A stretch of 64,000 nucleotides of DNA, from assembly GCF_964194025.1 (NCBI RefSeq), contig NC_134480.1, positions 11,966,001-12,030,000 on the forward strand. Reading direction: 5' to 3'. Position numbers and translations under genes: made by a program. This DNA comes from Convolutriloba macropyga. Taxonomy: Eukaryota. Below are positions 1 through 13,000 of the stretch, one piece after another (the first letter of the stretch is position 1; each line of letters starts with the position of its first letter). The notes beneath the pieces are model-generated. The model was not told the DNA's origin, did not search any database, and saw only the letters and a list, made by a program, of their open reading frames with translations.

Positions 1-812
1 ATGTCGAGATAGTTACATCCATGGACACCAGTTATTGTGTTATGGGAGTTGAGCGGTTTGTGTCACGCATTGGTACACCTGCCATGATTTGGTCGGACAA
101 TGGCACTAACTTTATTGGAGCGGAGAAAGAACTCCGAGAAAGTATTGAAAAGTGGAACGTTGTCAACATTGCAGCTGAGCTCGCTCACAAAGGTATAAAG
201 TGGAGGTTCAATCCACCCAGCGCACCACATCAAGGTGGTATCTGGGAGAGGTTGGTACGCAGCTTCAAACGCGTGTTGTATACGATTCTTGGCACGCGTC
301 GCCTCACGGATGAGGTACTGCATACTACCTTTTGTCTCGTGGAGAATGCTCTCAATTCGCGTCCTTTAACACCCGTAAGCGCCGATCCGTGCGATTTGAA
401 CGCTTTAACGCCCAACCACTTTCTTTTAGGAGAATACTCTACCGGTATTCCGTCTGTTGTCGGCAATAATGAGCTTGACCACCGTAAACGCTACGCCCGT
501 GCGCAGTCGTACGCTAATGCGATCTGGTCCCGTTGGATCAGAGAGTACGTACCGACGCTGAACCGACGCTCTAAGTGGCAGACGCCTGCCGAGCAACACC
601 TTAAGACCGGTGACTTGGTTTGGGTAGTTGAGGAAACCAACCCTAGAGGTTACTACCCAACCGCTCGGATTGTGGAACTCCGTTACGGCTCCGATAGCGT
701 CGCGCGCTCTGCCGTTTTACGTACGTCGACCGGTTCACTCGTCCGTCCGCTTGTAAAACTTGTACCAGTTTTCCCAACATCTTCTTCCGGGCCGGAGGAT
801 GTTACGCAGTAA
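1..812 (+). mobile_element. BEL/Pao LTR retrotransposon pol, 3' part: integrase core and C-terminal domain; continues beyond the left edge
   Basis: Uninterrupted ORF 21-812 with WSDNGTNF, WRFNPPSAPHQGGIWERLVRS, LNSRPLT, LTPNHFLLG, WSRWIREY, RPLVKL motifs typical of BEL/Pao integrases. Confidence 0.95.
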
Positions 813-1135
813 ATGAAAGAATATTAACCAATCAGAATTGAGTATTTAGATTTGAATATAAATGCGTGTAAAACGTTCTAATATACATAGAAAGTTCCGA
901 AAAAGTTCATTTAACCTAATTTTAAGTAAATATAACCATGATATGTATCGATTAAGCTGGTTTTCGGCTTAATATTTTTAGGTTTTCTAGACAATTGCCG
1001 ATTGAATACGAACTGATTTGACGTCAATAACATCAGACAAAAAACCAGTAAAAGAGCATCGAAAAAACCTTGCCGTCTAAGTATCACTTGTTGCTTTGTA
1101 CGTCTTAATGCTTACACGTTGTTGCTATACTTACA
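800..1135 (+). mobile_element. Putative 3' LTR of the BEL/Pao element
   Basis: Purine-rich tract GGGCCGGAGGA (789-799) followed by TGTTAC at 800. Right end uncertain: TTACA at 1135 or AAAACA at 1212; no 5' LTR in the window for comparison. Confidence 0.55.
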
Positions 1136-3388
1136 TGAATCAATTCAAAAATATCGAACTTCTGTTATTTCGTCAGAGTTAATAATGCACCAGTACAGTT
1201 ATAAATAAAACAGTCAAATTCAACCCTTGTGCAGAATATTGAATTCTAAAATATGCACAATCAAGTTTTAAAAAGCCGAAACTCTGCAGTGCCAGAAGTT
1301 AAAATGCCATTTTTCAGTAAACTTAGGCCGAAATTGACTTTTAATGACCATCGCCATTTTAAAACCAGCAAGTTGCGGTTTTGATGCAAGGATATAACTG
1401 ACTCTGCAGAAGTCAATTTGAATTTTCGTTTGAGCATCTGGAATCGCCGCAGGGTTCTCGATAAACGCCAGAAGATCTCAATGAGTTCAATCAGCCACGT
1501 AACCAAAACTTAATTTACATATATGCGTAATTTGTTAATCCGTTAATACAGCATTACTACTGGCAAGACTAGTTATGAGCTAAATATTACGCCAAAAAAT
1601 GGGTAACACCTATGCATGCTACGTCAATTGGGATTATCATTAGCCAGTTGACACAATCTTTATAATGAATGACTAGTGATTTCCACGGACACCTTATTTT
1701 AATGCATTAAAAAACAAACGCATTTAAATTAAGCGCACTAGAAGACTGCTTTGGACACTCGCTAATGATAGTTTGACTCCAACTTCGGCTTTGTTTCAAT
1801 CCATTAAAAACTCGAATAATAATATCGAAGAGCAGTTGTCTAATATTCAACCTTAAAACAAGCAAGTTTTAAAATGCCGCTGGAAGTTCTCAGCGAATAT
1901 GGTTCACCTAACCTCTATATAATTTACTTAATTCAATCAGTTCAAAATAAAAACAGATGCTGATATCGTCATCATCAAGAAAAAAGTATACTTCGTAAAA
2001 GTAACCCAGGAACAATTTGTATTGCCCATAATGATTTTCAGAATTTGATGCGATGCAATATTCATTCGTGAATCTTTATAAATTCTAGCAAACATTTACA
2101 GGTTATAAAAAATTTTTCAACCATCTAAGCATCTTGAATGGCGGTACCAAAAAAATAAATTTTAAAATATTTTTTAGGGAAAATTAATGTTTTATATCAA
2201 AGAGTAGCGCTAAAAATATTGCTAAAAGATACGTATTTTAATTACTAGTAATGTAGTTGTGACGAAATACGTTTCCAAAAAGCGTGATGAGTAACTGCCT
2301 GTAATATTTTGAGTTTAAAGAAGTTATGTTAGTTTTTTATATGATAGGCCATCAAGTGAAGTTTTTAATTTCTTCAAACCCTCTTTAAGGACAAATGTAC
2401 AAAAAACAGAATAATATACAGAAAAAAACAGAAGTTTTGGTTTAAACAAAAAAAATGTTAAGGATCATATCGCTTTTTGAATTCGCTATGAACGAAAAAT
2501 AGACAACAGTATAACAAATATTCCAAATAATTTTAAAGTTGAAAAAAAATGACGAATGAAATGGAAATGGAACAGCTCACCTGATGACATAGAATGATCT
2601 AAAAATACAACTTTTTGCTTTTTTTTCAATTTGAGACTTGTTCATAACAATTTTTATTGGCTTTTATCAACGAAACAAACACCATTGTCAGAACTCAAAT
2701 CCTTATTTCTCAAAAAATCTCAAAAGGCAACGATTTTACCAAAAGCAAGTATAAAGCGCAAAAATGTTAATAGTAAATGGCCTAATTAAACACAAATTTC
2801 CGATTAATATGTTGCCTTCGATGCCCTAAAACGTCAAGAATTGTCTGAACAAAAAAGGCGCTAACATAAATTTTCTCTTTCTCTTTTTCTTAAAAAAATT
2901 GGGAGCCATTTAACTGAAAAGATTATTTTTAAAGATGACCAATTATTTGTGACATGGCAGTACACATGATAGCTGCATTCTTAGCCCAATTCGTTTTATA
3001 ATACGGAAAAGTGTAACTTGAGCTAAAATTTGTATTATGTCACAAAGAGACGACAGAAATGTCTACCTTTTAACAGTCGAACAATACTTTGACAATCTAT
3101 TGTATTTTTGTGTTAGCAAACATGCTAGACAGCAACCAAACCTAAACGTTCACCAATTTAGATCATTAATCCATTGGTTTAGATTATACCTTAACGTAGT
3201 GATTCTATCTAAAATAACATCCAACTTTTACTATAAAGCATCTCTTATCTGATTAGTTACCTTCCCAGCTAACAGTAAAATTCTTGTTTTCTTATTTTAT
3301 TTAGTTTTTTTATACTCATAGCGATCTAGATTGAGATACCCGCTCATAATAAAAGCAAAATCGGGTTCAGAGTAAAAGTTATTATCAA

Positions 3389-3521
3389 ATGGCCAATCGT
3401 GAGTCTGGATATGGAGATCTGGCCGAGAGACAGGCCAAGATAGAGAGCAAATATGACATTGAAGTGGAGCAACAAGTCAGAGTCTGGATGGAAATGGTCA
3501 CCGGACAACCGGTGGTACCCG
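3389..3521 (+). CDS. Paralog 1 coding exon 1
   Basis: ATG at 3389; MANRESGYGDLAERQAKIESKYDIEVEQQVRVWMEMVTGQPVVP; donor GTGAG at 3522. Confidence 0.9.
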
Positions 3522-6500
3522 GTGAGGCACTAAACGAATTTTAAGACCTGTTTCATATAGTTATGATAATAGTTCTAAGGTGAGATGGGAATGACCTTTA
3601 CAAATTGTATATAGATAATGAAGCTGTAAAAATATTAATCAGATCGGATCTTAATCTATTGAGAGAAACAGCTCCAAATTTAGTTCTAATGGGTAGGGCA
3701 TGTGAACAAAACAAATTGTACGTTTGTACTCACTATAAATTTTACTCCCAAATAAGCGACAAGTGACTATTATGAAGTAAAAAAACTGTAAGTTACGTTT
3801 ATTTTACACTCAAACGGGAAAACGATGATAATGATGGAGGCTTAGCCTCTCCTTCCAGACCCAAAAGTGGTTGTCGAAAATCAAAATGCTTGGCAGAATA
3901 ACTTTGTTTTCAGCAGCTTCTTGAACTCTTCAAAGGTTTTTGCGTTTCGTATATAATCAGGTAACTCATTCCATCTCTTAGCGCCTTGAAAATCGAAACA
4001 TTTTCTCGTGGCATTTGACAAGCATTTCGGGATCCGAAACTGCTTCTGATGTGAGGGTTGAGCTGAGGATGTATTCCATTGAAATAATTATTTATATAGA
4101 TAGGAGCCATCGATCTGTCAATTTTAAACAATGTGCTAACAATTTGATAAGGATCCTTTGATCAATATGCAAGCATTGTAATTTTTTTAGCAAATGTTTT
4201 GATGATACATTCTGTAAAAAAACACATTTTGTCGTCAAAAATTCTAATTTTGCGTGAAAGGAAACAAAAATAGAGTAAAATGTAGAAAAGAACAGGCTAC
4301 TACAATATTATATATTATTTTTAAAATAGTTCAGTAGTAACCAAGAATGGGAAGCTGAATATATTATTGGACGCAGCAAAAGATGATGACTCTGCCTTCC
4401 TTTCCTTCCATCTTTTGGAACACTAAGATTGGGACCCATGAAACATCATTTAGTCTAACTGTTAGGAATTGTCACTCGAAAAATTTCAGAACTTGAAAAT
4501 TTTATAGTATCCGATCAGAATAAACCTATATTGCAATAAAAAAATTTTTGTGTGTTGTTGAACTTCTAAATTATAAAATACAATTTTTGCATTCTTAAAT
4601 TTACCGTTGCCAAAATGAACCAGAAAATCAATTAAGTTATCTCTGCAAACCTATGATGAGCATCTAAACTTTTAAATCAATTTTAGTTTCTGATGAAGCA
4701 AAACAGTTGAAAATTGCCACCAACTGGGACGATAATAATGTTTAACCTCAGTTCCAAAAATAAAAACTAAGCAGTGAGAATGCAACTGAGTTTTATTGAG
4801 TTGTCTTAGATTTCAACTAATTTAAAGAACTGATTGATGGCCAAAAATGGGTTAAAAACAATTTTAATTTCATAAGAACCATTCGATTTGATCGTTTTGA
4901 AGAACTTGCGAATTCTTTGGTATATTCTGCACAATTTTTTTTAGTTTTTTGTCAAATTGTTTGATGATTTTTTTCTAATAAACTTCAAAATTTTTTTCGT
5001 AGTAAACGTTTCCAAAACTTTCCACAAACTAACTTTTTTAAGTAGAGATATCTAGTTCGGCAAACTTGAATTTATTGATAATTTATTCACAAAATGGAGC
5101 AGACATTTTTTAGCGTTGATTGAAGAAAATCAGTTCATTGATTCCCACTCCCGGAATTTTGATCTGATCTTGAGAGAAAAAAATACTTGTAACAAATTCG
5201 ACTTTTTTGTCTCACGAGATTTAACATAATAATGTCTTCTCCATTTGGAAATGGAATATATGTACAGTACCGAATTAAAGCACGTACGGCTTTCGTCATT
5301 TTTGTCTGACTAAAACCGAACATACCAAGAACAGTTTTCATATGTTCAAAAATGACAATTTGTGGATTAGAGAACAGTATTGAAATTTTGATAGAGAATT
5401 AGCCGAAATGCTAAGTAGAGTAGATCTTAAACGAGGTTAGTCAATCAGATAAAAGATTTTATAAAAAGGAAACAAAAATAAAGTGGGCTCGATCAGGACT
5501 CTATGTGGAGCTGAGTAATGTGATGACATTAGGTCGGTCCAGTCTGACAATAAACACTTCAGATAAAAGTTTAAATAAATATTTAGTCGGCTAAAAGGAA
5601 AACAGAAAAATTACTGAACGTCGAAACGTATAAATTGGCTTTAAACATTCTTCTGGAAAATTGCCCCCCCCCCGTAAAAAAAATTTTTCGATATTATTAT
5701 TAAGGTCAATTATGTCAATTATAAATAGCTTTATTCCACTTGGGAGAGGTAGTTCCGTTTGTTTCTATTGACTAACCTTTTTTATTTTCAATATCTCATA
5801 TGCAAAAAATAATCATCTTTGTTATTGTTTATTGTTTATTTACAGACGCACCACAGGACGTTCCTCTTGGACCTGAGCGATTACAAATGGCTCTGAAAGA
5901 TGGAGTGTACTTGTGTCATCTCATGAACAAAATCTCCCCCTCCTGTTGCAGAAAACCCAATAAATGTTCAAATGTGGCATTCAAGCAGATGGAAAATATT
6001 GGTATAAATTTTATAATAATATATGTACATACAAAAAAACATGAAAAATCTTGAAAAATCTGAAAAAAATTGGTATAAATTTTATAATAATATATGGACG
6101 TACAAAAAACATGAAAAATCTTGAAAAATCTGAAAAAAATTGGTATAAATTTTATAATAATATATGGACGTACAAAAAACATGAAAAATCTTGAAAAATG
6201 AATATAAACTGGTTTTTGATTTTTTGTTCCACCCCGACTGTGTTTTGTAAGGCGACCGATCGTCATCTATTGTAATTTTTGCCGATTGATATCAATTCTT
6301 CAGAGATACAACAGCAAATTCATTGAAGCCGTTTGAAAACTGAATGGATCTTTGAAACGATATTTTCTATTTCTTCTCTAGGAGATGTATTGATAATTTT
6401 CGAATATTTTTTACTATTCTCGACATTTCGCGTATCAAGGTATTTTTTGAATTACTTTTTGTTGAAACTTTTTAAAATAATTCTTAAATCTTAAAAAAGT

Positions 6501-9500
6501 ATAACTATGAAAGATACAACAAACTGTGTTTAAAGAACGGCTTCTATCGAATAAAAAGGTTCAGTAATTACCTCCAAAAACCTCCAATAACTTCATCAGA
6601 AAAAAACTCAATGAAAAGTTTCTCAACTGGAAAGACTATTTTTTGTGGTATGTACTTCTGTTGAGCGCTCAATGAATATCTTATTGCCAAATTTTTAGCA
6701 AAAAAAAAAGTTTTGTCGAAATCATTTATTTATTCTTCCAAAACTCTATGAAATGGGAATTAGGAACATTTTGCCAAGCTGGTTTTTTGTTCATTACGTG
6801 GACAATGTCCAAAAAATACACTATATATAACCAATTCTGTCTGAGTTTGTCACAACTCATGTTTCCAGATTAGTTCAAATCGCATGTGGAAACCAGTGAC
6901 ACCAGGCTAATTAAGTTCAAATTTCCTTAGAAATTGGTTATTTGTGCCCCTGGAGGTGTCACAATATCGAATCGATGCTAATTGAAACTTTTTAAAACTG
7001 AACTGCCATTAGAATGTTCTGCTTTTTTCGCCGTATTTGGTATTGAGTTTTATAATAAAGATATGGTGTCTGAAACACAAAAAAAAACAAGCAAGCACCC
7101 ATCAATTTAAAGCAAGTTTAAATCAATTTTATCTTTGTTCTCTTGCCTGAGAAGTGTCTTTGCAAAATATTTGGAGACAGCTGAGTTGCAAAAGACTCTT
7201 TGAGCATATAATTATTTTTATAAGCAGTTTCACTTTCTTAGCTTTGTTTTAAAGTCACCAATCCCCAAATCTACTAGGTCAGTTCGACATGACCAAAGAA
7301 GCAGTAGTAAGAATTTGCATTTCCGTCTTTTTTGTCAATGGCTAAGAATTGTAATTAGGTATATTTTAGTCCAAATGAAGCATGAGTTGTCGAGTTTCAA
7401 ATATCCTTGTTTAACCTGTTTTCATGTTTTCCAAAAACGACTGGTTCCATTCTAAAAATGTTTTAAAACTATAGTTTTCTGGCTTTTTAATGTGAAATTG
7501 TATAAATAAGGTCAATGCGTAAATCAAGGTATGTGGGTCGGCAGAAAAATTTTATTTTCTTATGTATTCGAGCTTCATGTGCAAACGCACATTACAGAGC
7601 CTCGTTGTGTAGTCATAGAGTAGGCTCTGTTCGTTTTGTCAACAATATCTTCAGCGCGAAACAACGATATTTCTTGCTTAGGTGTTCCAAATTTCAGCGC
7701 TTTTTTCAGCATATCTTCCAAATGCTGCTTCCAAAAATTGACCAAAAAGCTTGGACAATCGGTGAGCATGCGCAAAATTGGTTCTTTTTCAGATTTTTGG
7801 ATCAATAATTTTGGATCCCTACCTGACCAGAGTTCACTAGATTAGGTTTCATTCTTATCGGATCAAAATTCCAAACTAGCTCAAAAATTAGTTCATCTCA
7901 AAATAAGTGATTAAATATATCGAATTAGTAAGACAGTTCTGAAACTTTTTTAGGTATGTTTTTGGATGATTGTGAGAAGTATGGAGTGAAGAAACTGGAC
8001 CTTTTCCAGACTGTAGATCTGTTTGACAACACCAATTTTGGAGCTGTGATTCAGACAATTCTAGCACTGGGTTAGTCTTATTAAATAGATTATAAATCAC
8101 CCAAAATTTTGATGAAGCCCAATAATGGTGTTTTGAATGTAAAAGCGTCATACTGCGATTGGTATAAAAGCGTTGGGTTAGCACTGCTACGATTAGCGCT
8201 CAACCTCTAAGAATTAACGCGGAAAAAACCAACAATTGCTTGCTTCAGCTAATTTCTTTGCGTTAAAATAATTTCCTAAAAACTTGAGATTTTTTGTCGT
8301 TTGTCAAAGAAAAAATTATGCGTACTTTAAGGTAAGCAGCGTTTTTTCGTTTTTTGTTACCATTCTAGAATCTTTTAATTTTTGTTCCACCGATGCTTTT
8401 GACTTTTTTAAACATAGCAAATCTTCTGAAAGTTAATTTGGAACCACGCAACCATTTTTTAATGAAACCTGATCATAATGTTACCAAGAAAATATTTTAT
8501 CTGAAAGAAACTTTTTGAAAGAAAAACAAAATTCACCAGTTTCCTAGCACCGAAAGTTTCACAGCTTAATTTTCATGATAATAATTTTATGCTGCATATG
8601 CTACAATTTAATTAAAGACTTCAGTTTTATGTGTGGCTAATTTTGTTTATCATTGCGCAAATTGTACTGCTGATGTCAAACTTTTTTGCCTAGAAGATGC
8701 ATGTCGACGCATGCAATGATGTCACACCTCTGCCTGAGTTTAGGTGACAGACGGAAATTGGTATTTCTAGACCGTCTTGGACGGAAAATGTCTATGCCAA
8801 GATTGTCACGGACCAAAAGGTCTCATGTCCAGAATTTCGTGACTTCAACAAACTTCCGTGCGTTCAACAGACTTTCGTGCATTTATGTTCAGGCTTTTGC
8901 CGCTCACCAGACTTTTGCGCATTCAAGTTCAGACTTCCATTTCTTCATGCCCAGACGTTCATGCATTCAAAGTCAGACAAAATGCAATAAATATACATTA
9001 CTTATGTGCTTGAAATAAAAATAATATAATCATTATTAACTGGTTAGTTAAAACTATTCACCTCAAAACTATTAAATGTTTAGTTGAGTTTTGAAAACTT
9101 TAAACTTAAAAAAGCGTAACCAAAAAATGAATGCTTTAAAAAATATTTTTTGGCCGATTATGATGTACTTTGACCCGTAAGGCATGGCTTTGATTTTTCA
9201 ATTTCAGCTATTTTCTATGTCTATGACTCAAGAAATAAATTTTTGAAATACAACAGAAAAGACAGAGTGCAATTCTCTTTGAATTGGACATTTTGCAATT
9301 TATTTTACTCTCAAGTGAGTTTTGGCTTTCTGTCTTCTTGAAAATTGCGACTTGAGTAAGAGTGCTATAAATGATTGGACAGGTTTTAGTTTTTTTAACA
9401 AGGATGAAGAAATTAGTGCTATCATGTCCAGTCTTTTTATATAAAAGATGTTAGCGCATCCATTTTCAGACTTTTGTGTGTTTATGCCCCGACTTATGTG

Positions 9501-9744
9501 CGTTGATTTACAGACTATTGTGCGTTCGTTTTCCGGCTCTCGTGCGTTTTTCGATGTTTTCAGACTAAGTAGTTTTTAACGCACGACTCCCCCTCGTTAT
9601 TTCTTCTTAGGTCTGGACATTCTTCATTTCGTCTGGAATCTTAACTTTGGGGCACGTTGGTATCGGTCAGGGTGAACAATTGGTTCTAAATAATCTAATC
9701 AAGTGTTCTGTAAATACGACAAATAATGTTTTTTGTCAAGCTAA

Positions 9745-9802
<58 letters not shown>

Positions 9803-10069
9803 CATTGTCTATTATCCCTTAAATTGTTTTTTTGACTTCATAAGCAACTATCTCTCGTTTCAGGTCGAAAGTGTCAATCGAACAACTTCGAAGGTCCCCG
9901 CCTGGGACCGAAGGAGTCCACGCCCCAAAGCAGAGAATGGAGTGAGGAACAGCTGAGGAAGGGAAATTCCATCATATCACTACAAATGGGATCCAACAAA
10001 CATCAGGAAGCAGGACTCGATACTGGGGCGAGGAGGCAGATTATTCCACATCCTAGCTCGGCACAGTGA
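3389..10069 (+). CDS. Transgelin/myophilin/Mp20-like calponin-homology protein, paralog 1 (203 aa, 4 coding exons)
   Basis: Exons 3389-3521, 5846-6001, 7954-8070, 9864-10069 join via phase-1 GT-AG introns into a 612-nt ORF: MANRESGYG...KIESKYD...W...LKDGVYLCHLMN...FKQMENIG.FL...YGV...DLFQTVDLF...LGPKES...ISLQMGSNK...GARRQII (CH domain plus one CLIK repeat). Confidence 0.92.
3790..4140 (-). mobile_element. 3' end fragment of a CR1/L2-type LINE in intron 1
   Basis: Minus strand reads MFKIDRSMAPIYINNYF then, after a frameshift, RWNELPDYIRNAKTFEEFKKLLKTKLF, the typical ORF2 C-terminus; short tail with AATAAA. Confidence 0.7.
5846..6001 (+). CDS. Paralog 1 coding exon 2
   Basis: tttacag acceptor; DAPQDVPLGPERLQMALKDGVYLCHLMNKISPSCCRKPNKCSNVAFKQMENIG; GT at 6002. 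Confidence 0.9.
5998..6199 (+). repeat. ~70-bp tandem repeat, about 3 copies, starting at the exon 2 donor
   Basis: ATTGGTATAAATTTTATAATAATATATG...CATGAAAAATCTTGAAAAAT repeated, with the GT at 6002, 6073 and 6143. Confidence 0.95.
7954..8070 (+). CDS. Paralog 1 coding exon 3
   Basis: ttttttag acceptor; GMFLDDCEKYGVKKLDLFQTVDLFDNTNFGAVIQTILALG; GTTAGT donor at 8071. Confidence 0.9.
9748..9799. repeat. (TA)n microsatellite, ~26 units
   Basis: Direct reading. Confidence 0.98.
9864..10069 (+). CDS. Paralog 1 last coding exon with CLIK repeat
   Basis: tttcag acceptor; GRKCQSNNFEGPRLGPKESTPQSREWSEEQLRKGNSIISLQMGSNKHQEAGLDTGARRQIIPHPSSAQ; TGA at 10067-10069. Confidence 0.9.
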
Positions 10070-10121
10070 CAAAAAATAGGAGCACTAGAACTTAATTTAT
10101 AAAATCTCTAGTATAAATTTT

Positions 10122-10245
10122 GGTTTTTTTACCATTATAGCCCCGCCCCCCAGCTTAGTGGTCATATATCGTATAGACCTCCAAAATCAAGAATTTTATA
10201 CCACAATGGGGGCTATAATTTAGTGGGGCTATAACGGGAAAGACC
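10122..10245. mobile_element. Small MITE with TIRs of the type GGTCTTTCCCATTATAGCCCC
   Basis: Left GGTTTTTTTACCATTATAGCCCC, right GGGGCTATAACGGGAAAGACC; related pieces at ~24970, 29437-29506, ~50870-50960, ~51600. Confidence 0.65.
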
Positions 10246-10650
10246 CTAGCCTTTTTATTTACCTTTTAACGAAAAAGTTGTGCAAATAATTGCGTTGATC
10301 ATAGTAGCATAGTTGATCATTATTTTCCAGGTACAAAAGAGAAAACCAAGAAACAAAGTAAAAAATTTCTGATGGCTGCAGAAATTCTGATCGGAGCTCA
10401 TTTCAATTCTTGGGTTATTTTGATGACCGGGCATTTCTCCTTTTTTAAAAATGAATTCTGCAACAACTCTAGGCATCAAATTTTCTATACTGAACAAAGG
10501 AGTAGTGAAAACTTTGGCATATGAAAAAATGCAAATAATATTTAACAAATTATGTCATTTGATTGTCACACGACGAATTAAAATAATACAGAAGTGTTTA
10601 TTAGAGCGATTTGGATTTTTTCTGACCATTGCATTCTGTGCTAAGCACTT

Positions 10651-11330
10651 CCCAGGTTGAGGTCCAGACCGAAATGGCTTCTGATCAGACTATCCCAGAC
10701 AAAAGTGACCCCTCATCAGACCAACCCCGACTGATTTGTCATCTGATCAGAACATAGTGCGCTCGAAACTCCGTTTGCGCTCATAGTGCGCTCGAAAACC
10801 TCCTCTGATCAGACGAGTGTGGGCTCGAAGTGGTCTCTGTTCAGACTGAATTGCGCTCAAAACCACCTCTGATCAGACTAAAATGCGTTCAAAGTAGTCT
10901 GATCAGAGGATGGATTTGAACATGAACAAATCTCTCAGTGTTATTATAATATATTCATTTCATGAAAATAGATGTTTTTAGTAATGGAAAAGCCAAATCT
11001 AAAAGTATTGCTGAAGAGAAAACCCAAGTGCCGAAAAAATAATTGAGCATGCCATTAATTCATTTTCGACTGAATAGATGAACTTAGACAGCTTTGTATA
11101 ATAATAATACTGTTATTCCGAAGCTTTTCAGAAGGGGACCGGCAGTTGCTATCAGCTCGACCCCTTGTTTTTGATCAACCCATCGGACTCTCCATGAGTC
11201 TGAGATCAGAATGTTTCTGTATTGTCGACTCTTGCAGATACAATATCTGTTAGTAAAAAAAATTCACTCGAATCGGCCTCTGATCAGACTAGAGTGCGCT
11301 CAAAACTTCCTTTTGTCAGACCGTCCCTGA
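10651..11330. mobile_element. Non-autonomous element with an array of TCTGATCAGA palindromes
   Basis: Starts CCCAGG; (C/G)TCTGATCAGA-like motif recurs ~7 times in 10680-10910 and again at ~11280; related sequence at ~22170-22330 and ~22730-22790. Confidence 0.55.
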
Positions 11331-12091
11331 AATATGAGATTGAATTAGATTGTCATTATTCTCAAATTCAGTACCTTCTATGCGGAGAGACGAACTTATC
11401 GCTTACTTCGCTTTTCACCAAACGGGATATGGGTGAAAAAAAAATACTTCTAACTTACAAAAATGTTTCCAACTTTTCTGGAACTAATTTTTTTTAGATA
11501 TCCTGGAATGTTTGTTTGTATAAATCTGAATCTGGTCCAGCTCTTCCGATTGAGCTATAACATGCTTATCTTTTGAACATATGGTTATAAGACCAGGTTT
11601 GTTTATGTGCTAAATAGATTTTTTTTAAATGTAAGATGTGTGATTATATAGACCTCATCTGGCAATGACATGAGATGTAATTATAAAAAATATGAAGAAA
11701 CAAAAACAAAAATTGTTTCTGATCGAAGTGGAACAAAACTCAAGGAGGGATATCAGTCAATTTTCAATAATTATGTATTAGTTAGATGTCATAAGCGCCA
11801 ACCTGTTTGAGCGGAAATAATTACGATCACAGGTCCATCTGTTTTAAATGTCTGTGCTTATATAAATTTAATACCTGCATCAATCTTAACGTAGTTAATT
11901 TTTGGAAAATACTGAGCAACAAAAAACAATCAAAATTACAACTAAGAAATCCCACAGAGAATTTTGACTGATTTAAAATATTAAACAGTTGATGATTGAG
12001 CGAACAACCAAAAAGTAAAACTAGATGATAGCGTATCAAATTTCAGGTCTCTTGTACCGAGGAAAAATGTTCAAAAACTACTCTACACAAA

Positions 12092-13000
12092 CTAGTAGGC
12101 TCGGTAACGTGCGTACGCATATAGTGTTCCGACACATAGTGTCCCGTTCATCCATATTCTTGTCTTAATTGGCTACCAGATGTTGAATAGATAGAGAACT
12201 TTCAGAAACTTACAAATCGCTCAAAAACCACCAATGGATTACAATAACACCAGGCTAGAGAGCCGATGAAACTTGTTGTTAATAGGACTACTAGAAAACA
12301 CAATAATACAAATCAAATAAAAAATGTTAATTACGACGGTCGGTTTTTACGACGGACGAAATGCAGATCGATTTTTGAAAAATCATTAATTTCAAAGTCT
12401 TTAATGTTATTAGCAATTGAGGCCTGTAATTGCGCATCGTACGTCACAGGATCACAAAAAGAAGGACAAATACTGCCAAAAGTAAAAACATTATTTAAAC
12501 GTTGCTTAAAACGTGGCAGTGAAGCCGTTAAAATTATGAAATGGTCTCTCGGAGCAAAAAAAACTTTGATTACAGTACATTCAAGCCAACGCTTGGCTTT
12601 ACCATTAATGTTTTGCTAAAAGGACAACAAAACTCTTTTAAAAAGCACAAATATATCAAAATCACCAATTTTTATGTATACTTGTACTAAAAGTAGTAAA
12701 AGAAACCGATAAACAAATGGTTTAAGCCGTTGTTAGGATGAAATTACAGCTCGCTGGATACCGGTTGCGATCCGTTTATACATGGAAAAAGCAACAAATC
12801 GACCGAAAAACTATTTTAAAAAACGGCAAAGATCAAAAATCAAAAAAAGTTTTTGTATAAAAATGTTTTCAAAAGTCGTAAAAGACCAAAGATTTCAACA
12901 AAAAAGAAATGGATGAGGTCTCAACACCTTGTAAAGCTATTTGGGCCTGTTATTAACGAGACTAAGTCATGAGACTACAAAATAAAAACAAATATAGACC
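12092..13000 (-). mobile_element. Non-autonomous Helitron-like element
   Basis: Minus strand ends ...ATGCGTACGCACGTTACCGAGCCTACTAG|T (hairpin then CTAG); internal blocks (TTATTAACGAGACTAAGT; GTTAATTACGAC) match the reverse complement of 57000-58632. 5' end not defined. Confidence 0.55.

Noticed and set aside
4678-4716. CTGATGA-AGC...GTT-GAAA resembling a hammerhead ribozyme core
   Set aside because: Stem II is marginal, no convincing stem I, and no PLE context.
5135-5341. LGMFGF motif hinting at an LTR-retrotransposon RT relic
   Set aside because: A single short motif without supporting neighbours.
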